From contig NW_005434593.1 in assembly GCF_000315625.1 (NCBI RefSeq), forward strand, positions 350,219 through 414,218: DNA of 64,000 nucleotides, written 5' to 3'. This document shows positions 33,401-46,400 of the stretch, in pieces; the first letter of the stretch is position 1, and every line of letters starts with the position of its first letter. A model generated the notes under the pieces. That model was not told the origin of the DNA and ran no database searches. It was given only the letters and a program-made list of their open reading frames with translations. This DNA comes from Guillardia theta CCMP2712. Lineage: Eukaryota; Protista; Cryptophyta. The position numbers and the translations under genes were made by a program.

Positions 33401-35740
33401 CTGCACCTCCGCCGTCCTGGACTCCAGCTGGGACTGGCAGACGGCCAGCAGGGCCTTCATGTCACCGATCTTCTCGTCCTGCGCCTCGAGGCGAACTTGC
33501 ATGGTCCTCTTCTCTCCCACCTCCCTGTCGAGGTCCTTGGAGAGGTCGGAGATCTTGTAGTTGCTCGTCTCGCGCTCGTGCTGGAGGGAAGACTTGGCTG
33601 ACTCCAGCTGGTTTCTCAGCTCATCGATCGCACTCGTCTTCTCGTCGATGGTGGAAGCGAGCTGCTTGCTGCTCTCCTGCAGGCCCTCCAACTCCTGCCG
33701 CAGCCTCGTTGACTGCTCCTGCAGCTGCGAGTTCTCGTCCTGCGGCAGATAGTCAGAGGAGCCAAGGACAGGTGTGCGGATGAAGGAGATGGAGGAGAGA
33801 CGGATGGAAACTGAGATGCGAGGAGCAGGTGGTGGGTAGGATACAACAGGGAAGCAGCAGAGAGGAGGAGGAGGAGGAGGAGGAGGAGGACCTTTGAGGC
33901 TGAGAGCTCCTTGTTGGATGTCTGCAGCTGCTCCGAGAGCGTCTGGATCTTCTCATCCATCTCCTCGAGCTCTTCCTGCATCCTTGCCCTCTCCTCCTTC
34001 GCAGCCTCCAGCTCTCCCTCAGCAGCCTCCAAGGAGGACCGAGCGGCGTCGAGTTGACCCTGCAGGTCCTCCCCTGCCAGCTTCAACGAGTCGCGCTCCT
34101 CCTGCAGCGTCCTGTTCGTCTCCTCTACCTCCTGCCACTTGTGCAGTAGGGCCGACAGCTCTGCCTTGGTCTTGTGAAACTCAACGTCGTTGCTGGACGC
34201 CTCCGAGCGGTACTGAGCAAGCTCCTCCTCCAGCCTCTCCAACGTCTCCACCTTCTCCTTCAGCTGCTGCTGCAGCTGCTGGGATGATGAGGCATGCAAA
34301 GCCTCTGCCTCTGCCAGCTGAGACTGCAGCTCCTTCACCAGCTCGGCCTTCTCAGCCAACGCTGCCGCCTGCTCGCAGACCTCCTCGTCCTTCCTCCGCA
34401 GGTCTGAGCTCAGCGCCTGGTTGAGGTGATCGAGCTCGGCCTGCAGGATCTCGACCCTCTGCTCTCTCTCCTCGAGCTTCTTCTGCAGGGCCGCCAGCTG
34501 CTGCGATGTCTGCTCATGGATGGTGACCACGTCGTTCTTCTCGCTCAGGGTGCTCTCAAGGGCCTCCAGTGCCTCTTTGTGCTCGAACTGCATCTGCTCG
34601 ATCCTGACTTGCAGCCGCTGGATCTCCTCGTCCTTCTCCTCGCTCAGGCTCAAGAACCTCTCCGACTCCGTCCTGTTCTTCTCCGCCCAGTACTCTTGCA
34701 ACTCCTCCATGTGGCTGCAGAGGAGGGGCAAGGATACCATCATCTCATCGATGTCAGACGTCATGAACGACAGCCCGTTTCTGATCCGAGTGATCTGCAG
34801 GGTTGCAAGTAAGAGTCCTGATCCAAAACACAGGGGACGAGGGGAAGGAGATAATGGAGGAGGAGGAGGAGGAGGAGGAGATAATGGAGGAGGAGGAGGA
34901 GGAGATAATGGAGGAGGAGGAGGAGGAGGAGGAGGAAACACTTTGGGGCAAAGCACAAATACCTTAGCTACACTTTCTTTCTTCTCGTTGGCGAACATCT
35001 CTTGTTCTTCCGTGATCTGCCTGCACGCATCCTCCAAACGGCTGGCAAGGTCATCTCTGTCCGCCACAAGCGTCTGAATGTCTGCCATCGCTCCTTCCTT
35101 GGCGACCCGGAGCTTCTCCTCTTGCGACCTTTCCTTCTTGAGCTGCGAGGTCAGGGAGGACACCTGGAGAGCCGTCAGACTGATCGCAAAGGATCGGAAG
35201 GAGCACCTGGTCTTTGTACGCCTTCTCTCTGATCGCAAACTCATCGTCCACCTTGCACAAGCGCTCGACGACCTTGTTTCTCTTGGACAAGAGCTCCTGC
35301 GTTGCCTGCCTGAACTTCCTCAACATGGTCTTCTCGTAGGCTGCTTGCTTCGCCGGCTCGTTCTTCTTGAGACCCAGAGGCTGTGCAAGGAGACTTTCAT
35401 AGTCTTCGCTGGGGCTGATGAGCTCTTGGTAACTGTGGCGATCTCAGAAAGCATTCAATACAACAAGGTACGGCTTACATAGAGTGATTCTTCACCACGT
35501 CTGCATCCTTTCCTCCCTTCACCCTGCAAGGAGAGAAATACGGACCGTTCGTCCCTGCAGATCCTGCAGAGACTTCCTTGAGCCATCCTCGAGCACACAT
35601 CACCTCGCTCATCATCTTCTTCAGCATCTGTGCGGCAGGCTTCGGGGCCCGCATGAGAGAAGGGGGCTGGTTCTCTTCTCCAGCTCTTGATCCTTCTCCT
35701 CCTCTCGTCTTCCCCTTCAAGCTCATCTCTGCTAGTCCAT
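30463..35740 (-). CDS. Kinesin-14 (Kar3/KIFC1-like C-terminal motor) with a very long coiled-coil stalk; ends approximate
   Basis: Neck [23 protein letters not shown], P-loop FAYGQTGSGKTHTM, NERSSRSH, DLAGSERL, HVPYRNSKLT, ETLCTLRFA; upstream E/K/Q-rich heptad exons (32654-35244). Confidence 0.95.
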
Positions 35741-36253
35741 GATTCGGACTGAGAGGCATCAGAGCTCCTCCTCCTCCTCCTGCTCCTCCGTCGCCTCGCA
35801 TCCCGCTGCTCTGGCACTGGCTGCTGTCCTAGTTTTCAAATCTTTTCGTCCGTTGGCGTGTGGCAATAGGAAGGCGTGTAAAACTTAAAATACAGTGCAC
35901 CACCCACCCCATCTCCCAGAATCTCCTGGGTGATACTACCCTCGCCCACGGGAATCGGAAGCTCTTTTCAATAATTAGGGCCGTTTCCCGCCGGCTCCCA
36001 GATTCCAGATTCCAGATTTTTTCGTACAAATATAACTCAATTTCTTTTTTTCTTCTCCAAATATTTTGGAGAACTCAATTATAAATTATACAAAATTGAT
36101 GCGATCCGACGCGGATCCGATCACCCGTGGCCCTGGCCGGCATCCGAGGATGATCCGGGCCGCAGGGGGCGGGGCCCGGCCGGGCGGGGGCGCCTCGCCG
36201 CTTGGCAGTTGACTAAAACTTTTGATTTTTGAAACGGTCAGACTGGTTTCCGA

Positions 36254-37063
36254 ATGCGAGGGCCAGCGGCGTTTGTCGTTGCCGTCGTGATGGCGACGGG
36301 AGCACGAGGAGGTGATGAGAGCTGAAGTGATGATAATGATAAGACTCCTTGAACCTGCTCCTCATGCCTGACTGTGTTTGAGTGTTCTGTCTCTTGTCGC
36401 AAGGACTAGTTTAAGTTGTCTCTTTTTGTACCTGCTTGCCTCACTGCAGCTGTTCTGAGATGATCATGTCAAGCGCCATTACTTGTCAGCTCGTGTAAAC
36501 TTGCTTCAGTTCACGGATTGAAGTGCTACCAGCCATCAAAGACTGTGGCTCTCCAAGACAAGATTAACCTTGATGCGCTAGCTGTACCGCCTTCTTGGCC
36601 GTCACTAGATACCTATCCCACAGGGTTGATAGAGCATGATTGCAGTTCGCTGAAGGAAGAGCAGGATTGGGGCACAGGTGGCTTCTGTCTCAAGATTGTG
36701 ATGCGCAACGCATCGATCCAGCGGGACGTTGCCACAGGTTCTTGCTATCGGTCGTTGCTGGTGGGTTACAGGTCGGATCAGATCGGTGGACTTTCTGACG
36801 CTGCTTGCAAGGTGTTGAGCGGAATTCAATGTGATTCCAACGGCAAGACCGGTCAGGCATATTCCATTCTCACCAATCAGACTTTCACTTACTACTGTTG
36901 CACCGGGAATATGTGAGACAGCAAGACTACACATGCTTCTTCTGACTCACTGATTGGAAGGTGCAACTCATCACCAAGACGTGCATTGGGTTCCTTCACG
37001 ACTCTTGCAACATGTCTCCTTTCCTGCTTCTTGTTTGTATCTAGAATGACTTCAATCTTATGA
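36254..37063 (+). CDS. Secreted, putatively GPI-anchored Ly6/uPAR (three-finger)-like protein
   Basis: MRGPAAFVVAVVMATGARG/VHG-LKCYQ...DC...FCLK...GSCY...AC...QC...YYCCTGNM/CNSSPRRALGSFTTLATCLLSCFLFVSRMTSIL*. Confidence 0.75.
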
Positions 37064-37307
37064 GGATCTTTAATGAATAAATGTCTCCCCAACTTGCGAT
37101 GTCAACACAGCCCTTACATCTCTGTTCTCCTCCAAGGAGCCTTCTCAACAAAAAAATTCCTATGCAGGACCTCCAGCAGTACAAGCGATCAGAGTGTGGG
37201 AGTGATCGGATAGATCAGAAGCACTGTGCAGCACGTCATGCCGCAGGGGAGATCTTCAGCGCTGCTTTGATCGTTGGCATACTAACAAGATCGGGACAAG
37301 GACAAGG

Positions 37308-39610
37308 CTAGGGCTGCGCTTGTATGGGAACTGAAGCAGCAATGAGAGTGATAGCGTCATGCCATCATGCCACCATTGCCTCCCCATGCGACACCATGGG
37401 ACTTCTGAAACCTGCATCGGAGGTGAGCCAGCGACAAGATCAGAGGGCCATTGACCTGCTCCCCCCTGTGAGAGTTGTGTCCGGCAGCATGTATGGCCTT
37501 GCGAGAGAAGGTCCGAGGTCGTAAAGGATCCTTGCAAGATCATCCCGCATGTCGCTTGCACTTGTGTACCTGACGCTGTGTCAGCAACAAACTCTGAACG
37601 AGGTCGCTCAACCGTCGGTCAATTTGCTTCTGTAAGGCCTTGTCCACCACCTAAACAGGCACCATCATCCTATAAAAGCAGCAAGACACTCTTGTCCTGA
37701 ACCTGGGCGAAGGGCGGAGACATGTTAAAAACAATGCTTTTGAGGTCTGGAGCTTTCAACTTCAGGTCTCCGACCATCGTCTTTCCCCATGAGCCTCCTG
37801 ACACCTTTGGACCACCGCTCAGTAACCGAAGCTCGTCAAGGAATTTCACCGAGAAAGGAAGCTGCCCAGAAGTCAACTTGAAAAGAGTGGCTCCAACACT
37901 CCACAGGTCACTAGACGGAGTCATGGCAACTTCGTTATACTAAGACCAAAAAATCAGAGAAACCCCGGTCAAATCCTACCACCGATGAGGTAGCGATACC
38001 TGTTCTGGAGGCATGTACCCATGTGTTCCAGCATACATCATTGCGTCCTGCATTGCTACCAGCTCTCCGTACATGGGAAGGAACTCACTAAAGTCAATCT
38101 GACAATCCATGTTCCTGCATATTCACAAAATTTAGTGCCCATGGGAACAAGTTGTATCGTTCAATTCCTTACTTGTCGTATTTCTCCATGAGATTCTAAA
38201 AACAAAGAGGAATGGAAATTATCAGCATGGTCAAAGCAGTCGTCAGTTACAACCTTGAGGCGAGGAAGGGAGGGTTGTCGGTGCAGGATCTTGAAGCATT
38301 CTGAAATCTGTTCCAAGCCAATAGAGCTTTGCCCTTGACTGATAGACAAGAAGACCTCTCGGAGTTTGTCCAGGTGCTCCTCAGCCCCGTTGACATACGT
38401 CAGAGCGACCAGCTCGCCATACATGGACCCGAATTCCTCATAGCCGATGCTCCCGTCCCCATCAATATCATATTTCTTTACAAGAGATTCGACTTGCCCA
38501 CGGTCCGGTTGAAGCCCCAAGCTGTTCAGACAATCGTACACAGAATCGAAGTCTAGAGAGCCTTTCCGGTCACGATCCAGCGATTCAAACACTTGCCGCA
38601 AGGCGGTTGATGTCCCTGACTCCGAGATCGAATTGTACTCCGGGTCAAAGATGTAAGAGGGCAGTCCTATTCGGTCACTTCCCAGGACTCCAGTAGCAGT
38701 GCCAAAGTCTATCAACTTGTATATCCAACCTCCCTCGCCATCATCCACTCTGATGATGTTCTGCGGTTTGATGTCTCGGTGTATCAACCCAGAGCCATGC
38801 ACATCTATGAGAGCATCCAACACGTTGATCCCGACCCTTCACATCGCAAGTTGTCAGAGGAGGGGGATTTCGCCAGCTTTCAAAAACCTGCAGGCCTCAG
38901 ATACAGAGATAGGACCTCGCTCCACGATGATATCATGCACAGACTTCCCCTTGAGGTGTTCGAGGATCAAGTACACCAGCCCTCCATTCTCTGCCTGCAC
39001 ATGCAGAAAGTGACTCAACGTGGGTATGAGTTCCAAAACTTCAAGTCCTTACGATGCATCCGAAGTCAATTAGTCTCGCAATGTTCGGACAATTCAAGCG
39101 CTTCATCGCAAACCCCTCTCGTAATAGTAGAGACATCTCCCCCTCCTATCCTGTTTTGTCAGTTCTCTCAAAGTGATCTTTAACATATCAACACTTTCCT
39201 TCGGCCGCACAAGCTTGATCGCAACTTCTCGTGGCTTTTCATGCGGGTTGACATGCTCAGCAAGAAGGACAGTTCCGAACGATCCGCGACCGATCTCACG
39301 AACAAGGCTGTATCTTTCTCGTATTGGTCGAGGCAGAAGTTGCCAGAGCTTCATGCCGGATGGGATCTCAGTGAAGGAACTTGCCAGTCTGTAAAGGCAA
39401 GTCAAGGAATGAGAGGGATACAAGGACTTACATCCTATGCTGCAAGCCCCTTGCCTTCTTACGGCATAACGAAATCCTTGGAGCTGAACAGAGAAATCCT
39501 GTTCCCTTGAATGGAACGGCCTGACATGATTGCTGAACGCAGAAAGCTGGTGAGTTCACTACAGCGCTTGCACCAGTGAGCAGTGCCAGGAGCATCACTG
39601 TGAACGCCAT
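37308..39610 (-). CDS. Ser/Thr protein kinase with a four-EF-hand insertion in the activation segment and an N-terminal signal/transit-like leader (3' end approximate)
   Basis: IGRGSFGTV, VAIK, LRE/GFAMKRL, YLILEHL, IHRDIKPQNI, LIDFG, [EF-hand insert], AGTHGYMPPEQ, SDLWSVGATLF, RYTSASDMRDDL. Confidence 0.9.
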
Positions 39611-39699
39611 CGAGAGGTCTTGGACGGCTGGTCTGATCATGTCCAACATCGGCGCTAGTCACTCAAGACATTTTATACCCCGTGATGCATTCCTGCTGA

Positions 39700-40240
39700 A
39701 ATCTGAGTCAGAGCATGGCTCGATCACACCTCAGACCCTCTCACGACTCCTCCCTGGCACCATTAGAATCCTACCTGACACGGTATCTCAGCTTCTCTCC
39801 TCTCCCCTCTCCTCCTCCCCTCTCCTCCTCCCCTCCCCTTCTCCACATGCTGCTCCTGATGCTCCTCAGGCTGTCCCCCCTTGCGACTCCTTCTCGCCTC
39901 CATCATCAATATGTGCTCTCCCCTTGCCTCTACCTCGATAATCTTCTAGTAGACACAATAAGTAAATATGGGTATGTCCGTCGGTCGGACACCTTTATGG
40001 ACACCCGGCGGATCCAGGGACCTTGCAAGGGGACAAGAAATGTGACAATGCTCGCCTTGGCGCCCTTGGTGAGGCGAACGATTGTACTTGGAGCGGGAAG
40101 GGAGAGAAGGAGGAGGAGTAAGAGGAGAGGGGGGGTGAGAACTGTAGGAGGACAGAAGCGGTAGAGAGGCGAGAGTGACTGAGCACGGTCATATCAACTG
40201 TAGTACAAGGAAGTCTGCACTGTATGCGCGGTCCATCATA
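39700..40240 (-). CDS. Possible small multi-exon hypothetical gene
   Basis: Exon-like pieces (TIVRLTKGAKASI, GPWIRRVSIK, KIIEVEAR, GGEKESQGGQPEEHQEQH) between GT/AG-like sites; no family recognised. Confidence 0.25.
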
Positions 40241-40484
40241 GACGACGTCGAGAAAGAGGGAAACAGGGAGGCGATGTAAATAAAACTCAGGTACTAGGAG
40301 TGGGAGACGAACGTGACGTCTGAATTTGAACTATGAAACGCTTCTGTGCAATTTTTGCAGTTGGCTATCCAATCACAAGAACGGCATGAACTTCTCTACT
40401 ATGTTCGCACTGTATTTCTCTACAACATCGCTGATCTCAACAATGGAAAGCAAAAATGAAAAGCATCCGTGATGTACAACCTTA

Positions 40485-41279
40485 TCACTCCATGCTCCAA
40501 ACACCCTCTCTCGGGGCCTGCACAAATCCAACATCATCTCGACGATACTCAAAACATTCGTCACTCACAGCAACTGGTTGAATGTTCGTGGACTTCAAGT
40601 ACTGCCAGAAGACACCAAACAAGCTCAAGCCTACACCACACGGAGCACAAAAAAGTCTCAGTTGAATCAAGAATGCCAAAATACAGAAGCAAACAACACC
40701 GCCAACAGTCATGGCGAGACACCGTCCAGCCGGCCAAAAATCATCTTTATCCAGACCCCTGAAAGACATGCCAAAGAAAGAAGAGTTGTCATCAGAAGAG
40801 CTCGAACATCAATGACGAGAATAGAAAAGTCAATACCATTCTCCGAAGATGTCATCGTTTCCACCGGTTCCATATTGATGCCCGAGTGGATCTTGCTCGT
40901 TAATACTGTCATATTCACTGGACCTTGGAGTTCCTTTCACAGCCTGAAAGTTTTGATCGTGTCAAATTCTCAGATTCCCAAGGAATCGTTCAGGATATTT
41001 ACTTCATATGCTTCGGGGTTGATACGAACTCCACGGCTTGAGTCAGGCTCTAAAACCTGACCGATCGTGTCTGCAAAGAGATTTCATTACATGTGCTAAA
41101 ATGAAAATGGAGGAATGCAAAGAGAATATGCGAGTACCATTTGCTTTGACAGGAAGAGAAGTTCTGAAATAGCGAACTCCACCAAACTTGTGCAAATCCG
41201 TTTTGCTGCAAGTCAAAATGCGCTGCGCGGAGGTGGCAAGGGGCCGTTTGACCAGATTCAGTAAGGCTGTTCTTGCCAT
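40485..41279 (-). CDS. Hypothetical mitochondrial-targeted membrane protein
   Basis: Presequence-like MARTALLNLVKRPLATSAQRILTCSK...VRYFRTSLPVK; C-terminal hydrophobic helices LAMTVGGVVCFCILAFLIQL and GVGLSLFGVFWQY; short introns. Confidence 0.6.
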
Positions 41280-41879
41280 TCTAGGGAAAGGAAACGAAAA
41301 GGTCAGTCACTGACTGAAATGTTATTGACAAAGAAATTTTAAGCATTTTTAACTGAAGGATAGAAGGCTGTGAACCATCGTATAAAGCGATTTCGAGATA
41401 AAGAAATGAGCCCTGATATTCTAAGAGAACACGAAAAGGTGGGCAGCATGAAAGCATGAACGGACATATAGAGACATGCAACGGACAGCAAATTGATGAT
41501 TCAGGGGAAGAAAACTGGCAGACCATATGAGCATGAGTATAGAGAATCATGTAATAAGGAGCGAGCTTGACTAGCTTGACAAGCTCTGTTTTGTAAGAAC
41601 ACTTTGGAAGCACGTGGAGGAGCTGGGTTCTTGAGCATTAGGGGTTGCTGATCCAACAGGAGCGCGCGAGGCTGAATTATCAGCATTCCCAGAGGACAGG
41701 CGAGGAAATAACGCTCTTCAAGGCAGGGTGGGTGGTCGTTTCAGCCGTGGTGTCATAGAGAGTACCGGGTCCTTATACTACAATTCAAAGGATGAAGGGG
41801 GCGGGTAGTACAGGATAAAGGTAGCAGCGGGGGTAGTGGTGAATGGTGACTGAACTTGCTAAACGGAGTATAGTGACGA

Positions 41880-42460
41880 TCGGACACTGAGGAGCCCGGG
41901 GCCCGGCACCGGCGGCGGCCCGCCATCCCAGTGGGCCGCCGCAATCATTTGATCCGCCCGGATCATCCTGATCGGATTGACAGGCTCTGAACCGGCGGTG
42001 TTCAGTGCGCGGGCGGGCCGTCACGGCGTGACCGGGCCACCGTGCCGTAGCCACCGAGACATTGGGCCGGTGGAGGCCCGGCCAGCACCGTGCGGCCGCC
42101 CGGGATGTGCGTGACTCCGAGGTGAAACCGGCCCTCACTGGGAGTCAGCTAGTAAGCCGCATGGCATCTTGAAGCATCCGATCGGAGAACGGCGACTAGG
42201 CCCTTCCAGCGCGCCGGGCCGGCGGCTCAGTATCGCACAGGCTGGTATGCCGCAGTGCTGTGTCACGCGCAGTGTGGCAGCCGATGGCAGCGAAGTCGGA
42301 CTGACCGGATGCGTTTGCAAGTCAGATCACCTGAGACGTCAGCCGTCTTGCGAGGCCGAGAGACCATCCAGCGCTGCCGTTTCCTTGCCAAGTTCGCCGA
42401 GCCTCGGATCCGCCAGCCACCACAGACCGGACCCGACCCGGTGTGGCCGTCCTAGCAGAA
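41880..42460. other. GC-rich intergenic island rich in CCGG/GGCC/CCCGGG short palindromes
   Basis: Composition and motifs resemble 1560-2210, 5100-5600 and 36100-36200. Confidence 0.5.
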
Positions 42461-42749
42461 TTTGACTCGGTTTTTCATGTTTTTTTGTGGCTTAGTACCC
42501 CACCCCCAAGTGTCGTCACCCTACTACCCCTAGCAGTTCTCTTACTACCCCCTAGGCCTGATGTGTAACCGACTGTTTCTATCTTGCACTGAAAGCTTCT
42601 TCCCCACCCCCACTACCCTCGCTACACTTTTGGTCCACCCCACCCTCTTGCTACCACCCCTGCACCTGTTGTCGAGAGCGGGAGAAATGGAGGGAAATGT
42701 GTAGAAATGAAAATACAGGATGGATGAGTGTGAGAGCCTGAGAGGAGGA

Positions 42750-43215
42750 AGAGGGATAGAGAGGGGGGTAGAGGGATAGAGGGATAGAGGGATAGTGAGG
42801 GGGGTAGAGGGATAGAGGGATAGAAAGGGGAATAGAGGGATAGAGGGATAGAGAGGGGGATAGAGGGATAGAGGGATAGAGAGGGGGATAGAGGGATAGA
42901 GGGATAGAAAGGGGAATAGAGGGATCGAGGGATAGAAAGGGGAATAGAGGGATAGATACTAGTGGTATAGAGGGATAGAGAGAGGGACAGAGGTAGGGAT
43001 CGAGGGATAGAGGGATAGTGAGGGGGATAGAGGGATAGAGGGATAGAAAGGGGAAAAGAGGGATAGAGGGATAGTGAGGGGGTCAGAGGGATAGAGGGAT
43101 AGAGAGGGGAAAAGAGGGATCGAGGGATCGAGGGATAGAGAGGGGAATAGAGGGATAGATACTAGTGGAATAGAGGGATAGAGAAAGGGACAGAGGTAGG
43201 GATCGAGGGATTGAA
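42750..43215. repeat. Degenerate purine-rich satellite, core unit GAGGGATA, upstream of the giant IPT/TIG gene
   Basis: Dozens of gagggata units with variants (gaaaggggaata, gtgagggg, gagggatc). Confidence 0.9.
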
Positions 43216-43404
43216 GAAAGAGGGATAAGGGGACAGAGAGAACAAGGGGTTGGGCGGCTTAAATGATGCTCTCGATGAGACGGAGACGCAGATAAGGTCT
43301 GCTCTGAGACGTGGTACTGACTTCAATGTGCAGATTGGATTCATTTCATGGTTATACCAGGAATTCGATCTGTAGAGACGTGATTTGTACAACTACATCT
43401 AGAA

Positions 43405-46400
43405 ATGGGGCGAATCGCCCACATTTTGTTGGAGGCTCTTGTTCTACTACTGCTCAACAGCACAGACTCTGCAATAGTGATCTCTTCCATTTATCCTCCA
43501 AGAGGACCAGAAAACGGAGGCACTACTGTAACATTGGAGGTCTTCTTGTCTTTGGTAGCAATAATGACGAAATGACCAATTACGTAGGGCGATGGGTTTG
43601 TGGAGGGAACAACCTTCTGTCAATTCGGGAATTCTGTGCCCACATCAGCCTCGTTTCTGAACACCAACAAAGTACTTTGCATTTCTCCTGCAAGTCTAGA
43701 AGGAGGAAAAGTGGTAGATGTTGGGATTTCAGTTGACTCTGGCAGGGCTTTAGGTCAGATTCAGGCATACGTTACACTTATCAACCATCAGGTAATTCAT
43801 TGACTAGTCGAAAGATTCTGACTGGTTGCATTCTAGCAAGTATCTCCTCATTCCTTCCGAGTGTTGGACCTTTAACTGGATCTACTGAAGTGACGCTGAG
43901 GGGTACAAATTTTTTCAACGCTCCTGGAATTTCTTGCGATTTTTTTGCGATTGGAGCAGTGCCTGCATGGTGGATTTCAAGTTCCCTTGTGGTTTGTTTA
44001 TCGCCACCGTCATCAGAACCCGTGGTGCAAGTTGAGTTCAGTAACAACGGAGTAGACTACACAGACAATGGGTTGAAATTTCACTACTCCCTTTCTGCTC
44101 TCCCACTGAGCTTGATTCCAAGTATCGGATTGAAAGAAGGAAATTTCTTTATCAGCGTTGTTGGGAATAATTTTGTAAATTTCACCACATTTCGCTGTAG
44201 GATAGATGGAACATATGTGATCTCGTCAGTTTTCAATGAATCCCTGGCTTTGGCAAAATTGCCTCCCAGGACTCGCCTGGATTCGCTTGCTTCCATGAAT
44301 GCATATGAAGGACCCGATTGCGTTCGCCTGGATTGCTCAAACAACAATGTTGAATTTCTACCTCAAGATGGTTTGTCATTTTGTTACTTCGGTAGGCCTC
44401 CAAACATTTCAAGAAGTTTCCTGACCATCTTGAACAGATGCTGTACAGATCTCGAAAATCCAACCTTCTGGAGGTCCAGTTGCTGGTGGAACAGAATTGA
44501 GCATCGTTGGCAGTTTCTATACCATGGGAAACACCAAGTACAGTTGTTCGTTTAACTTGACACACATCAGCGAAGCCACGATTTCGTCATCTTCTTTGAT
44601 TTCGTGTCTGAGCCCAGTACTGGATGAAGGACTTTACAAGATCGATATCCTTCTAGACCAGTTGCTGATATCAAAAATCGGGGTTGCAACTTACTATAAA
44701 GCCTACGGTAGTACACTCGATGCTTGAAAATTGATTGATGCTTTATGCAGGCAATATTTTGATATTCTTCTTTTCACCACAATCTGCACCTGAGTTAGGC
44801 GGAAGTTCTGTATCGGTGACAGGATTGAACTTTCAAGACAGCCCATCGCTGGTTTGCAGATTTGGCGAAACAGACAGCAATTCAACTACCTTTGTTTCGA
44901 GTACTTTGTGCGAAGTTTTTATTTGTCCATTTGACTTCCTCTGATTGATTGTGCATCAGGATACTCTGTTTGACTCCATACAACTTCGGGTCTGTCAAGC
45001 TATACGTGTCAGTAAGTACATCTATTTCTCAGATTTCGGCCCCGATAATGTTGCTTTGTGATAGAATAACAACGTGGATTTTGCTTCAAGCACCTCACCA
45101 TTTGAATTTCAAGGTGCTGCACCTTGATATGCATTGAGAGATATCTGAATTCAACATTGCAGCGTCACCTGTCATCACGGGACTGCTTCCTTCAGCTGGT
45201 TATACCATGAACCAAATTTATGCAGTTACCATTGTTGGACGGAACTTCTTGCAAGGACAGAGACTTTCGTGCGTTCTCAATCGAGAAAATTTGTTTGTTG
45301 AGGCAAAGTTCATAAGTTCATTGCTTATTCAATGTGCATTTCAACTCATGAGAGAAGAGCAATCCTCGCTATATTTTTCATTGGATATTGATGGATTTTA
45401 TGTTCGAAATGACATACCGTTCCTTCTCGTTTCAAGGCCAAAATTGTATAACGTTTTCCCCACAATTAGCGGATCGGATGGAGGCAATCTTGTTGCAATA
45501 TTCATGTATCCATTGTTGGATCAGGGATATCAATGCGTTTTTGATGAAAATATCTCTTCTGCAGCATCGATACTTACGAGCTCTAGTCTGAACTGTATCA
45601 CACCACAGGTTTACCCAAGCCGTGTAACGCTATTTGTTGCATTAGTCGAAAACTTGCAGCCACTTGTGGATAAGTGGGAGTTCCTGTTTTTGTCACCATT
45701 GCGTTGCTTGAATTTCACTTTTTCAAAGGATGACGTATCTTTGCAAGTCTTTGGAAATGGATTCTATTTCTCGGATGACCTGTCTTGTAAGCTTTCTTCA
45801 GGACAAATCATAAGAGCGAGCTGGTACAGCTCTACAAAGATATCATGTGTTTCCCGAGCCATAATTGGACAAGAAACGAGCATGGCAGTGAGCAACAATG
45901 GTCAAGATTTTGTGACGTGTTCCTCGACAATCGCTGAGCAACCTTTTCAATCCTTCAACATAACTATATTTCCGACGAAAGGGCCTCTGCTTGGAGGGAC
46001 TTATGTACACGTGTACGGTCTTGCCTTCTTGACTTCGATAGAGCTTGCATGTTCATTTTGTACATCACTCTCACAGGCATCTAGCTCTGCATGTATCAGT
46101 CCAAGTATGGACAAGGAGATGGATTGTGATGTTCAGATATTTGTGAATGGCATCATGCAGCAACATATGCCTATCACATTTCGATATCAGAATTCCTCGG
46201 GCTTGCTTTTAATAGAACCATCGGCGGGTCCCATCAACGGTGGAACTGTAGTGCATGTGCGGTCAGTGGAGATTGACAGCAATCCTTTCTTGTGCTCGTT
46301 TGGAAAGCTGAAAGTTAAATCGTTCATGGTTACTTCGACGCATTTCAAATGTGCAACTCCTCCCAACAAAGCAGGCCTCTCGCCATTTTCGTTGTACTTC

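Noticed and set aside
30595-35482. Many long plus-strand ORFs (up to 382 aa)
   Set aside because: Antisense shadows of GC-rich kinesin exons.
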